Source of the DNA: Dehalococcoidia bacterium
GTDB taxonomy: Bacteria > Chloroflexota > Dehalococcoidia > Lucifugimonadales > JADFKI01
Reading direction: 5' to 3'
DNA: 64,000 nt
Assembly (NCBI GenBank): GCA_965200085.1
Contig: OZ241333.1
Span: forward strand, 2,403,704-2,467,703
Shown: positions 1 through 7,697 of the stretch, piece after piece
Numbering within the stretch: the first letter of the stretch is position 1
Layout: every line of letters starts with the position of its first letter
Program-made: the position numbers and the translations under genes
The notes under the pieces: generated by a model
Told to the model about the DNA's origin: nothing
The model's input: the letters and a program-made list of their open reading frames with translations, nothing else
Database searches by the model: none

Positions 1-128
1 GATTGCAAGAGCGCGAAGGGCGGCTACGAGAGCAGGAAGCGCGTCTGCAGGAGCGCGAAGAACGCCTGACTGCAGAAGCTCGAATAGCGGAGCTGGAAGC
101 CGAACTCAGACGATACCGCGGCGAATAG
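1..128 (+). CDS. C-terminal fragment (truncated by window edge) of a second Uma2-family (DUF820) putative nuclease paralog
   Basis: The frame is open from the window edge and reads LQEREGRLREQEARLQEREERLTAEARIAELEAELRRYRGE*, with the stop at 126-128. Nt 9-128 match nt 867-986 of the next gene with 4 mismatches counted by eye. The family call rests only on that identity. Confidence 0.5.
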   Translation, partial: LQEREGRLREQEARLQEREERLTAEARIAELEAELRRYRGE

Positions 129-182
129 AAGCTCCCGCACTGACAGAGTGCCAACACCTGTTTGCTAAAAAGGGAGGACACG

Positions 183-986
183 ATGACCACTGAAACCACC
201 GCCATTGTCTATCCTGAAACGGACGGAATGCCATTGCCAGACGGAGAGTATCAAGCACCACTATACAGAGATGTTGTCAGTACACTCGAGACGCATTTCG
301 AGAATGTGCCCAATTCAAAAGTGAACGGCAACACCTTCATATACTACCGGGAGGGCGATCCCCGCCGTTCTGTGTCTCCGGACTGCTATGTTGCACTGTT
401 CCTGTCGGAGGACGCCGCAGCTTCGATAGAGCGCAACAACGTCTATCTGCTTTGGGAAGTCGGCAAGGCTCCTGACTTCGTGCTTGAGATAGGCTCTGAG
501 AGCACCGCTAGGAACGACATGACACGAAAGCGCACCCTGTACGCTGAGCTGGGAGTTCAGGAGTATTGGCGCTATGACGCGAGCGGCGGTGATTTCTACG
601 ATGAGCCGCTGGTGGGTGAGACTCTGCTGGATGATGAGTATGTGAGGTTGGAGCATCGCAGCGATGAAGAGGGCAGACTGTGGTCGCACAGTGCGGTGTT
701 GAATCTGGACCTGTGCTGGGATGAAGGTGTTCTGCGTTTCTGGGATCCTGCTGCGAACGTCTGGCTGCTGAACCACCGGGAAGAGCATGAAGGGCGCTTG
801 CAAGAGCGCGAGGGGCGACTAGCGGCGGAAGCCGAGAGTATGCGGGAGCGCGAAGGTCGCCTACGAGAGCGCGAAGGTCGCCTACGAGAGCAGGAAGCGC
901 GTCTGCAAGAGCGCGAAGAACGCCTGACTGCAGAAGCTCGAATAGCGGAGCTGGAAGCCGAACTCAGACGATACCACGGCGAATAG
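183..986 (+). CDS. Uma2-family (DUF820) putative PD-(D/E)xK endonuclease with Glu/Arg heptad coiled-coil tail
   Basis: The track ORF is 162-986. ATG 183 is preferred because GGAGG sits at 173-177 with a 5-nt spacer. Family-typical motifs are YPETDGMPLPDGEYQ, SPDCYV, APDFVLEIGSEST and LYAELGVQEYWRYD. Confidence 0.85.
   Translation: MTTETTAIVYPETDGMPLPDGEYQAPLYRDVVSTLETHFENVPNSKVNGNTFIYYREGDPRRSVSPDCYVALFLSEDAAASIERNNVYLLWEVGKAPDFVLEIGSESTARNDMTRKRTLYAELGVQEYWRYDASGGDFYDEPLVGETLLDDEYVRLEHRSDEEGRLWSHSAVLNLDLCWDEGVLRFWDPAANVWLLNHREEHEGRLQEREGRLAAEAESMREREGRLREREGRLREQEARLQEREERLTAEARIAELEAELRRYHGE
804..929 (+). repeat. Imperfect 21-bp (heptad-encoding) tandem repeat inside the Uma2 tail
   Basis: GAGCGCGAAGGTCGCCTACGA occurs exactly at 846-866 and 867-887. 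Degenerate copies lie at 804-824, 888-908 and 909-929, encoding EREGRLR, EQEARLQ and EREERLT. Confidence 0.7.
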
Positions 987-1287
987 ACCCTGCCCTCGCA
1001 CCTGCCACAGCGCCAGCGCCTGCCTGCTAAAAGCGATACCCGAATACCCCACGTCAATCTGCCCCCGCGCCGCAACAGCGCCAAGCGATAATCCACCATT
1101 TCTCACACACATTTTCGCCCGGACCGGAGCCGCATGGCGCCGCGCTGCTGCAAATTGTGATTCCTATTGATACTGCTGATACTGCGGTTGTTTATTATTA
1201 GGAAAAACGCACTTTACAAAACGCATAATTAAACCTAATATATACTCGTAAATCTAATATGGGGCTTTTTCCCGCCTAACGAATATC

Positions 1288-1319
1288 CAAATATGGGCTG
1301 TGGTCGCAGCCCATATTTG
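1288..1319 (+). promoter_or_regulatory. Perfect 13-bp-stem hairpin in the leader of the giant surface-protein gene
   Basis: CAAATATGGGCTG (1288-1300), loop TGGTCG, CAGCCCATATTTG (1307-1319). It lies about 100 nt upstream of ATG 1419 in an AT-rich 430-nt intergenic region. Confidence 0.4.
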
Positions 1320-1402
1320 CCCTGTATCTTGCAGTGAAGGAGGGATGTTCAATTGAGATGATACAGATCTGATATACCCGTCTATGATTCGATCCCAAAC
1401 AC

Positions 1403-1417
1403 AAAAAAGGGGGGGGG
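1403..1417 (+). repeat. A6G9 homopolymer pair forming the only Shine-Dalgarno-like element of the giant gene
   Basis: The sequence is ACAAAAAAGGGGGGGGGTATG. The G-run spans 1409-1417 and ends 1 nt before ATG 1419. Confidence 0.8.
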
Positions 1418-1418
1418 T

Positions 1419-4400
1419 ATGAACAAAATCCTACGACACAACAGTTATCTTTTGCGTATCAGAAACTTTACCCTCATCGCCGCCCTGGCTCTGGCTGCTT
1501 CGTTGGTCGGCATCGACATAGGCTTGACGCCCACGCCTGTCGAAAGCCAGACCACCGACCCGCTGCAGGTTCATAACACTACCATGACTGCCGCAGAATC
1601 CGGCACTGATGTCGGCTATGACAAAGGGTTTCAGGGGTCAATTGGGGATGCCACATTCACAATTGGCACCACAGATTACGAGATCGACTCCCTGCTCACT
1701 AGAAGCGATTCTGATGGAAAGATACTCAGGTACGCGGACGTAAGCGAAAGATTCAGCGCAGCCACTGAAAGCAGACTCCTGCTCATCATTAACGACAGAA
1801 CCTACAAATTCAGTGATGCCACTGAACCTTCAGGCAGCGTTGCTTACCATTGGGACATCACTGATGATGAACTATTTGTGGACGAAGGATCTTACCCGTT
1901 CCATCTCATCTATGCCCCTGAAGAGCCGGGCAGCGCCAGTATCAGCGATGCGGGCGTGATTACCTGGACTTCCCACAGCGACACCTCCTCGTACTCGGTT
2001 CGCCACCTGCAGCCCGGCGCGGACTGGACGGAAGTGGAAAACGCCACCAGCCCTTATCAGATACCGAACTTTACATCCGTTGGCGCGGTACACTTCCAGG
2101 TTTGCGCTCATGCTTCTGCCGTCGATGATCTAATGACCTGCACCGACGAGATGGTCGTCATTCACGGCGAGCCGCTGGGCGTGCTGCACACCACCCTGCA
2201 TGCCAAAGATACTGGCGGCGACATCGGCTATGACTTCTTTGACGGCCTCGGACTTGCCGTCGGAAGCATCGATAATCTCAAGTTCACAACTGACGCCACA
2301 AATCACACGATCAAATCCCTGTTCACCAATGCCACTGATAATCACCTCTGGTTCGCGATTAAAAGCGGCGAATTAAGCGATGACACTAAGAGCAGACTCC
2401 TGCTCATCATCAACGGCAACACTTACAAGTTCAGCGATGCCACAGAACCTTCAGGCGAAACCGGCACTTACGATTGGGACATCACCGACGCTGAAGAATT
2501 CGTGGTCGAAACATCTTACGTGTTCTGGCTAATCTACGCCCCTCAAACGCCCGGCAACGCCAATGCCAGCAATCACGGCGTGGTTACCTGGGATTCCCAT
2601 GACGACACTTCCTCATACTCGGTTCGCTACAAGGAGTCCGGCGCGACTGAGTGGATGGAAGTAGAAGACGTCTCCAGCCCCTACCAGATACCGGGCATTA
2701 CCCGGGGGACTGAGTACGATGTCCAGGTTTGCGCCAACGCCTCTGCCGTCGATCTTGAGGCCTGCACCGCCGACCTCACCTTCGTCAACGACCCGCTGGT
2801 TGTTCTGCACACGACCCTGAATGCCGCAGACTCTGCCGGCGACATCGGCTATGACGGCGGATTTGGCGACGGAAGCATCGATAATCGCAAATTCAAAATT
2901 GACACCACGGAATACACGATCGAATCACTGTACACCAGGGCCTCTGAAAACATACTCCGGTTCGAGACCGTAAGCGGAAAACTCGGCGATACCGCCGAAA
3001 GCAGACTCCTGCTCATCATCAACGGCAACACTTACAAGTTCAGCGAAGCCACAGAACATGCCACACTTGGAAGATACGATTGGACCATCACTAGCGGTGA
3101 ACGATTTACAGACGGAACCGCTTACCCGTTCTATCTCATCTATATGCCTGAAGAACCTGACAGCGCTATGGTCAGCGATACGGGCGCTGTTACCTGGACT
3201 ACCCACAGCGACACCTCCTCGTACTCGGTTCGCCACAAGCAGCCCGGTGCGGACTGGACGGAGGTAGAAAACGCCACCGTCCCGTACCAGATACCGAACC
3301 TTTCCATTGGAGCGGTACACTTCCAGGTTTGTGCTCATGCCGCGGCCGTCGAGCTTGAGACCTGCACCGATGAGATGATTATCATCTACGGCGAACCGCT
3401 GGGCGTTATGCACACGACTATGACTGCCGCGGAACTCGGCTTTGATGTCGGCTATGACGAGCCGTTCGAGCAGGGGGCGGTCGGGAATCGTAAGTTCACA
3501 ATTGGCGCCACCGAGCACATGCTCCAATCCCTCTACACTACACCCGTTACTCCAACAAGTAAGCTCACGTTCCAGAGCGCGACGGGAACACTCGGCGATG
3601 ACGCTGAAAGCAGGCTGCTGCTCATCATTAACGGCAGAACTTACAAGTTCAGTGAAGCCGAAGAAAGCACTTCCACACCTGGACTATACCTGTTCGCCAT
3701 CACTAGCGATGAATATTTTACAGCCGGAAGCTCTTATCCGTTCTGGCTTATCTATGCGCCTGAAGAACCCGACAGCGCCAGTGTCAGCGATGAGGGCGAG
3801 GTTACATGGACTGACCACGCCGACACTTCCTCGTACTCGGTTCGCTACAAGCAGCCCGGCGATGCCAACTGGACGGAAGTGGAAGACGCCACCAGCCCGT
3901 ACCAGATACCGAGCCTTTCCATCGGCGCGGTGCACGTCCAGGTTTGCGCCCATGCCGCCGCCGATGACGATGTTAAGACCTGCACAGACGAGATGATCGT
4001 CATCTACGGCGAACCGCTGGGCGTTCTGCACACGACCATGAATTCCGTGGACCTCAGCCCTGATACCGGCTTTGACATCTGTTGCCTGGGGTCAGTGGAG
4101 AATAGCAAGTTCACCCTTGGCGCCACCGAGTACACGCTCAAAGTCTTGCTCACCAGGGATGGTTTCTCACAAGATCGGCTCATGTTCCAGAGCGACCCTG
4201 AACCATTCAGCGATGACGTTAAAAGCCGGCTGGTTCTCGTCATCAACGACAGAACTTACAAGTTCAGTGAAGCCGACTATCGTGATCTTCTCACTGGAAA
4301 CTACTACACGTGGGACATCCCCAGCGATGAACTTTTTGCGGACGAAACCGCCTACCCGTTCTGGCTTATCTACGCGCCGGAAGAGCCGGGCAGCGCCAGC

Positions 4401-4814
4401 GCTACCAACGAGGGCGTTGTTACTTGGACTACCCATGACGACACCGCTTCGTACTCGGTTCGCCACAAAGATTCCGACACACAGGATTGGACGACAGCGG
4501 CAGACGTTGAAAGTCCCTACCAGATAACAGGGCTTTCCCCTGGCATTGAATATACCATCCAGGTTTGCGCCCATGCTGCTGCCGACGACGATGTAATGAC
4601 CTGCACCGCCGACATCACCATCACGACGCCTACGACGCCCAGCCCGACGCCTACGGCTACGATGACGCCTACTCCGACAATGACACCTACTCCGACAATG
4701 ACACCGACGCCTAGCCCTACACCTACGGAGACAACGACGCCTACTGCGACGCCAACAGAGACGATGACTCCCACGGCTACAGTGACGCCTACGGCTACCC
4801 GACGGCAACGATGA
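1419..4814 (+). CDS. Secreted or cell-surface repeat protein, N-terminal part: signal/TM segment, five tandem ~205-aa modules and a PT linker. The frame breaks at 4797-4801.
   Basis: 1131-aa ORF. The N-terminal hydrophobic segment is FTLIAALALAASLVGI. Five copies of (E/K)SRL(L/V)L(I/V)IN(D/G)xTYKFS(D/E)A...YPF(H/W/Y)LIY are each followed by an Fn3-like unit (VTWTxHxDTSSYSVR(H/Y)K...SPYQIP...VQVCAHA). It ends in TPTPTM-type linker sequence, then RRQR*. Confidence 0.85.
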   Translation: MNKILRHNSYLLRIRNFTLIAALALAASLVGIDIGLTPTPVESQTTDPLQVHNTTMTAAESGTDVGYDKGFQGSIGDATFTIGTTDYEIDSLLTRSDSDGKILRYADVSERFSAATESRLLLIINDRTYKFSDATEPSGSVAYHWDITDDELFVDEGSYPFHLIYAPEEPGSASISDAGVITWTSHSDTSSYSVRHLQPGADWTEVENATSPYQIPNFTSVGAVHFQVCAHASAVDDLMTCTDEMVVIHGEPLGVLHTTLHAKDTGGDIGYDFFDGLGLAVGSIDNLKFTTDATNHTIKSLFTNATDNHLWFAIKSGELSDDTKSRLLLIINGNTYKFSDATEPSGETGTYDWDITDAEEFVVETSYVFWLIYAPQTPGNANASNHGVVTWDSHDDTSSYSVRYKESGATEWMEVEDVSSPYQIPGITRGTEYDVQVCANASAVDLEACTADLTFVNDPLVVLHTTLNAADSAGDIGYDGGFGDGSIDNRKFKIDTTEYTIESLYTRASENILRFETVSGKLGDTAESRLLLIINGNTYKFSEATEHATLGRYDWTITSGERFTDGTAYPFYLIYMPEEPDSAMVSDTGAVTWTTHSDTSSYSVRHKQPGADWTEVENATVPYQIPNLSIGAVHFQVCAHAAAVELETCTDEMIIIYGEPLGVMHTTMTAAELGFDVGYDEPFEQGAVGNRKFTIGATEHMLQSLYTTPVTPTSKLTFQSATGTLGDDAESRLLLIINGRTYKFSEAEESTSTPGLYLFAITSDEYFTAGSSYPFWLIYAPEEPDSASVSDEGEVTWTDHADTSSYSVRYKQPGDANWTEVEDATSPYQIPSLSIGAVHVQVCAHAAADDDVKTCTDEMIVIYGEPLGVLHTTMNSVDLSPDTGFDICCLGSVENSKFTLGATEYTLKVLLTRDGFSQDRLMFQSDPEPFSDDVKSRLVLVINDRTYKFSEADYRDLLTGNYYTWDIPSDELFADETAYPFWLIYAPEEPGSASATNEGVVTWTTHDDTASYSVRHKDSDTQDWTTAADVESPYQITGLSPGIEYTIQVCAHAAADDDVMTCTADITITTPTTPSPTPTATMTPTPTMTPTPTMTPTPSPTPTETTTPTATPTETMTPTATVTPTATRRQR
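1566..4620 (+). repeat. Five tandem intragenic repeats of about 610 bp (approximate limits)
   Basis: The ESRLLLIIN motif recurs at about 1768, 2391, 2997, 3606 and 4222. Nt 2391-2447 and 3000-3056 are identical except for 1 nt over 57 nt. Confidence 0.8.
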
Positions 4815-4843
4815 CGGCTACGGTTACGCCGACCGCAACTATG
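4621..4843 (+). repeat. Pro/Thr-rich linker-coding low-complexity repeat spanning the frameshift
   Basis: It encodes TPTTPSPTPTATMTPTPTMTPTPTM...TVTPTAT in frame A, then continues as PTATMTATVTPTATM in the -1 frame. Confidence 0.75.
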
Positions 4844-6409
4844 GGTCCGCTTCCCGGAATGCCCACGGATGTTACGATCGATGTGTACTATGCAGGGGAG
4901 ATAATCGTTAACTGGACGGACGGCGCTGACGCCACCAGCCATCAAGTTCGGATCGGCACCAGCAGCGGCAGCGGCGACTGGGTGTCCCCGAATGACCCCT
5001 ACATCCCCAGCCCTCTTCACCCGGCGAAGCACAAGTTCACCGGGCTGTCTAGCGGCACGATGTATTACATAGGGGTGCGCGCAGTCAACGGTAATGGGAA
5101 CAGCCAGGTGGTTGAGCTTACCGGCGTGCCGATGAACAACGTAGCCTACTACGATATTGCTTCGGGGGACGGTGAGCTTACCGTGAGCTGGCCAGCTGCG
5201 GCCGGCGCCACCAGTTACCAGCTGCGCATACACACTCCGATCAAGCTCCCGACCGACGGCACATTTGCTGAAACAACTGAGCTGTCGTACACCTTCAGCG
5301 GCTTGACGAATGGCATTACTTACCATGGCCAGCTGTCCAGCAAGAACGCAACCGGCTCCTTAAAATCCGCTGTGGCTTGGGATGGCGCTCCCCAGACGCC
5401 GATGGAAGCCCCGGAGGGACTCACGACTGAAGCCGGGAATATGGAGCTGACCGTAAGCTGGGACGATGTCGAGGACGCGACCGGTTACGAAATTCGGTAC
5501 AGCGACGAAATGAACGGCGGCGACTGGATGCAGGCAAGCAGCCCCCACGTGATTACCGGATTGACCAACGACACGATGTACTACGTCCAGGCGCGCGGCA
5601 AGAACAGCGGCGGACACGGTCCGGCGGCATCTGCCAGCGGCATGCCGGAGGAGGTGCTCATACAGGGTCTCGAAATAACCCCAGGCGACCAGCAGCTGCA
5701 TTTGAGCTGGGACGCGATGCCGAACGCACAATTCTACGATGTTGGGATTGTGCAGGTTCCATCGGGAGGGGGCTTGCAGAACTGGAGGAATGTCGGATCG
5801 GTTACAACTTATACCGTGACGGAACTCGTGCCGGATTCCGGTGAGGAGCTCTGGAACGGGACTGATTACCTCGTGGGTGTGCGCGGCGGACTGCCGAACG
5901 ATCGTTTCACGCAGGTACTCGCCGGCTTGGGCACTCCGGGGGAGGAAACGCCAACGCCAACAGCGACGATGACGCCGACTCCGACGATGACGCCGACGCC
6001 AACTATGACGCCAACTATGACGCCAACTATGACGCCAACGATGACACCGACTCCGACTATGACGCCGACACCGACCATGACGCCGACTCCGACTATGACG
6101 CCGACACCAACTATGACGCCGACTCCGACCATGACGCCAACGATGACACCGACACCAACTATGACACCGACTCCGACTATGACGCCAACGATGACACCGA
6201 CACCAACTATGACGCCGACTCCGACGATGACGCCGACGCCAACGATGACACCGACGCCGACAGCGACGCCGGAACCTACAAGATCGCCTCGTACGCCGGA
6301 ACCTACGGTTACGGTTGAGCCGCCAGATCCTCCGCTTACGCCGGAACCTACTATGCCACCACCACTTACGCCGGAACCTACAAATACAAAAGTGCCTATA
6401 GACCTGTAG
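4811..6409 (+). CDS. C-terminal part of the same surface protein: four fibronectin type III-like domains, a long (TPTPTM)n/(TPTM)n linker and a PEPT-rich tail
   Basis: 532-aa ORF. Fn3 signatures are ELTVSWPAAAGATSYQLRI, MELTVSWDDVEDATGYEIRY, QLHLSWDAMPNAQFYDV and FTGLSSGTMYYIGVRAVNGNG. The frame is open upstream of ATG 4811 and continues the PT linker of the preceding ORF. Confidence 0.8.
   Translation: MTATVTPTATMGPLPGMPTDVTIDVYYAGEIIVNWTDGADATSHQVRIGTSSGSGDWVSPNDPYIPSPLHPAKHKFTGLSSGTMYYIGVRAVNGNGNSQVVELTGVPMNNVAYYDIASGDGELTVSWPAAAGATSYQLRIHTPIKLPTDGTFAETTELSYTFSGLTNGITYHGQLSSKNATGSLKSAVAWDGAPQTPMEAPEGLTTEAGNMELTVSWDDVEDATGYEIRYSDEMNGGDWMQASSPHVITGLTNDTMYYVQARGKNSGGHGPAASASGMPEEVLIQGLEITPGDQQLHLSWDAMPNAQFYDVGIVQVPSGGGLQNWRNVGSVTTYTVTELVPDSGEELWNGTDYLVGVRGGLPNDRFTQVLAGLGTPGEETPTPTATMTPTPTMTPTPTMTPTMTPTMTPTMTPTPTMTPTPTMTPTPTMTPTPTMTPTPTMTPTMTPTPTMTPTPTMTPTMTPTPTMTPTPTMTPTPTMTPTPTATPEPTRSPRTPEPTVTVEPPDPPLTPEPTMPPPLTPEPTNTKVPIDL
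5948..6270 (+). repeat. Coding tandem repeat of 12- and 18-bp units (ATGACGCCNACN / ATGACGCCGACTCCGACN)
   Basis: About 320 nt encode TPTPTATMTPTPTMTPTPTMTPTMTPTMTPTM... with synonymous variation between units. Confidence 0.85.
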
Positions 6410-6442
6410 CGCAAGCGTATGCCTGTGCTGCGGGTATGAACT

Positions 6443-6480
6443 AAGAGGCGTCCCTCGTCAGACGGCGGGGGACGCCTCTT
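6443..6480 (+). terminator. Stem-loop downstream of the surface-protein gene
   Basis: AAGAGGCGTCCC (6443-6454) pairs with GGGACGCCTCTT (6469-6480), 34 nt after stop 6409. No clear U-tract follows. Confidence 0.45.
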
Positions 6481-6537
6481 GCTGCCACAGCGTCAGGCGG
6501 GCTCAGTGAATGCAGAACGAGATTAAGGAATAACAAG

Positions 6538-6972
6538 TTGCCAAAGAAAGAGTTCAATTTCGGCTTCAGACTTCGGGTGCGGTGGGGAGAGTGCGACGCG
6601 CAGGGGATAGTGTTCAACGCGCAGTACCTGAACTTCATCGAAGTGGCGCAGGCTGAGTATTTCCGCAACATCGGAATGCGCCTGTACAGCGATGAGATGC
6701 GCGGAGAGTTTGATCTGGCAACGGTCAAAGCGACGCTGGAATATCTGTCGCCGGTGCGGGTCGATGATATGCTGGACGTCTGCGTGCGGGTGACGCGCAT
6801 GGGCAACAGCAGCATCACATTCAATACCGAGATATATCTCGCAGGCTCCGACGATCTGTGCACACACGCAGAGGTTATCTACGCGAACTTCGACGCGGAT
6901 ACCGGCGTAACGCGGCGCATCCCGGATCACATACGAGAAGCCATTCGCGAATTCGAGACGAACGGCGGCTGA
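6538..6972 (+). CDS. Acyl-CoA thioesterase, 4HBT/YbgC-type hotdog fold
   Basis: FRLRVRWGECDAQGIVFNAQYLNFIEVAQAEYFRNIG is typical of YbgC/4HBT thioesterases. The start is TTG. Confidence 0.75.
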   Translation: MPKKEFNFGFRLRVRWGECDAQGIVFNAQYLNFIEVAQAEYFRNIGMRLYSDEMRGEFDLATVKATLEYLSPVRVDDMLDVCVRVTRMGNSSITFNTEIYLAGSDDLCTHAEVIYANFDADTGVTRRIPDHIREAIREFETNGG

Positions 6973-7012
6973 GACTCGGCGAGGTCAGCGCGCGCTTGGT
7001 TTAATCCATGAT

Positions 7013-7360
7013 TTAATCCACGTTCACCTTAACGATGACGGCGGCGTTGGCAATGATAGTAACGTCGCCGGAGCCTTCCCTGCCCTCGATCTCCAATCCC
7101 CCCTGCACGACCTTCAGCACGCCTTTGCCATGCGGCAGTACGCTTAGAACTTCATCGTGGTTGACGGCTTCGGGGTTCGGTATGCCGATTGTTACTTCAA
7201 CAATCATCTCCTTTGATGTGTTGGGCCCAAGCAGTCCGAGAAACATCAGGCTGCTCTGGTGAACGGCGTTCCATGTCGCGCGTTTTGCGGCTTCGGTGTA
7301 GTCTTGCCCGTGCAAGTCTATGCCCGTCCCCATTTCAAGAATCGCAGGTGTAAGCGGCAT
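7013..7360 (-). CDS. Lin0512-family conserved hypothetical protein
   Basis: LEMGTGIDLHGQDYTEAAKRATWNAV matches my recollection of the Lin0512 family N-terminus. ATG 7360 is preceded by GGAGGG, so the track ORF start at 7378 is probably too long. Confidence 0.55.
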   Translation of the reverse strand: MPLTPAILEMGTGIDLHGQDYTEAAKRATWNAVHQSSLMFLGLLGPNTSKEMIVEVTIGIPNPEAVNHDEVLSVLPHGKGVLKVVQGGLEIEGREGSGDVTIIANAAVIVKVNVD

Positions 7361-7555
7361 TTTTCCCTCCGGCTGCAAGTCGTGTTAGCTGTAAGTTAAC
7401 AGATGAGTGAAAGTTTGGGGCTAATTTGAACGCCTGTCAAGTTCCTGAAATTAAAATTCGCGCAGCGCATCAGTTTGAAATCTTTGCTGCATCATTGGCA
7501 GCCGCATAATTCAAACTGACCCACTATCAAAATCAAAATTCGCGTGGAAACTCAA

Positions 7556-7585
7556 TGGACATAAACAGGGGCAGCCTGTTAAAAT
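7556..7585 (+). promoter_or_regulatory. Candidate sigma70-type promoter for tRNA-Gly
   Basis: TGGACA (7556-7561), 18-nt spacer, TAAAAT (7580-7585), 10 nt before the tRNA 5' end. Confidence 0.35.
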
Positions 7586-7595
7586 CGACAGGCAA

Positions 7596-7670
7596 GCGGG
7601 AGTAGCTCAGGGGTAGAGCATCTGCTTCCCAAGCAGAATGTCGCGGGTTCGAATCCCGTCTCCCGCTCCA
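7596..7670 (+). tRNA. tRNA-Gly (anticodon CCC), CCA encoded
   Basis: Folded by hand. Acceptor GCGGGAG/CTCCCGC, D arm GCTC-AGGGGTA-GAGC, anticodon arm TCTGC-TTCCCAA-GCAGA, T arm GCGGG-TTCGAAT-CCCGT, then T-CCA. Confidence 0.9.
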
Positions 7671-7697
7671 CCGCCTTGCACAATAGAAGGGATTTCT

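Noticed and set aside
596-1099. 167-aa Arg/Ser-rich minus-strand ORF over the Uma2 tail.
   Set aside because: It is the antisense of the GAG/CGC-rich heptad repeat and is low-complexity, with no independent support.
5948-6270. A periodic short repeat array that might be mistaken for a CRISPR array.
   Set aside because: The units are 12 and 18 bp and directly abut each other with no spacers. They are in frame inside an ORF. No cas genes or leader are present.
5866-6414. 182-aa minus-strand ORF (VGVGVIVGVGV...), and the 269-aa ORF at 4517-5326, opposite the PT linkers.
   Set aside because: These are mirror-image translations of the (TPTPTM)n coding repeats. They have no start context, consist of pure low-complexity sequence, and lie entirely inside well-supported plus-strand coding sequence.
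7440-7560. Direct repeat AAAATTCGCG (about 7452 and about 7534) and the inverted 9-mer CAGTTTGAA/TTCAAACTG upstream of tRNA-Gly.
   Set aside because: These are short, AT-rich matches that could arise by chance. No flanking structure suggests a riboswitch, MITE or att site.
7638-7697. N-terminal extension of the cupin ORF (MSRVRIPSPAPPPCTIEGIS).
   Set aside because: It overlaps the 3' half of tRNA-Gly. A proper ATG with an RBS lies at 7698.
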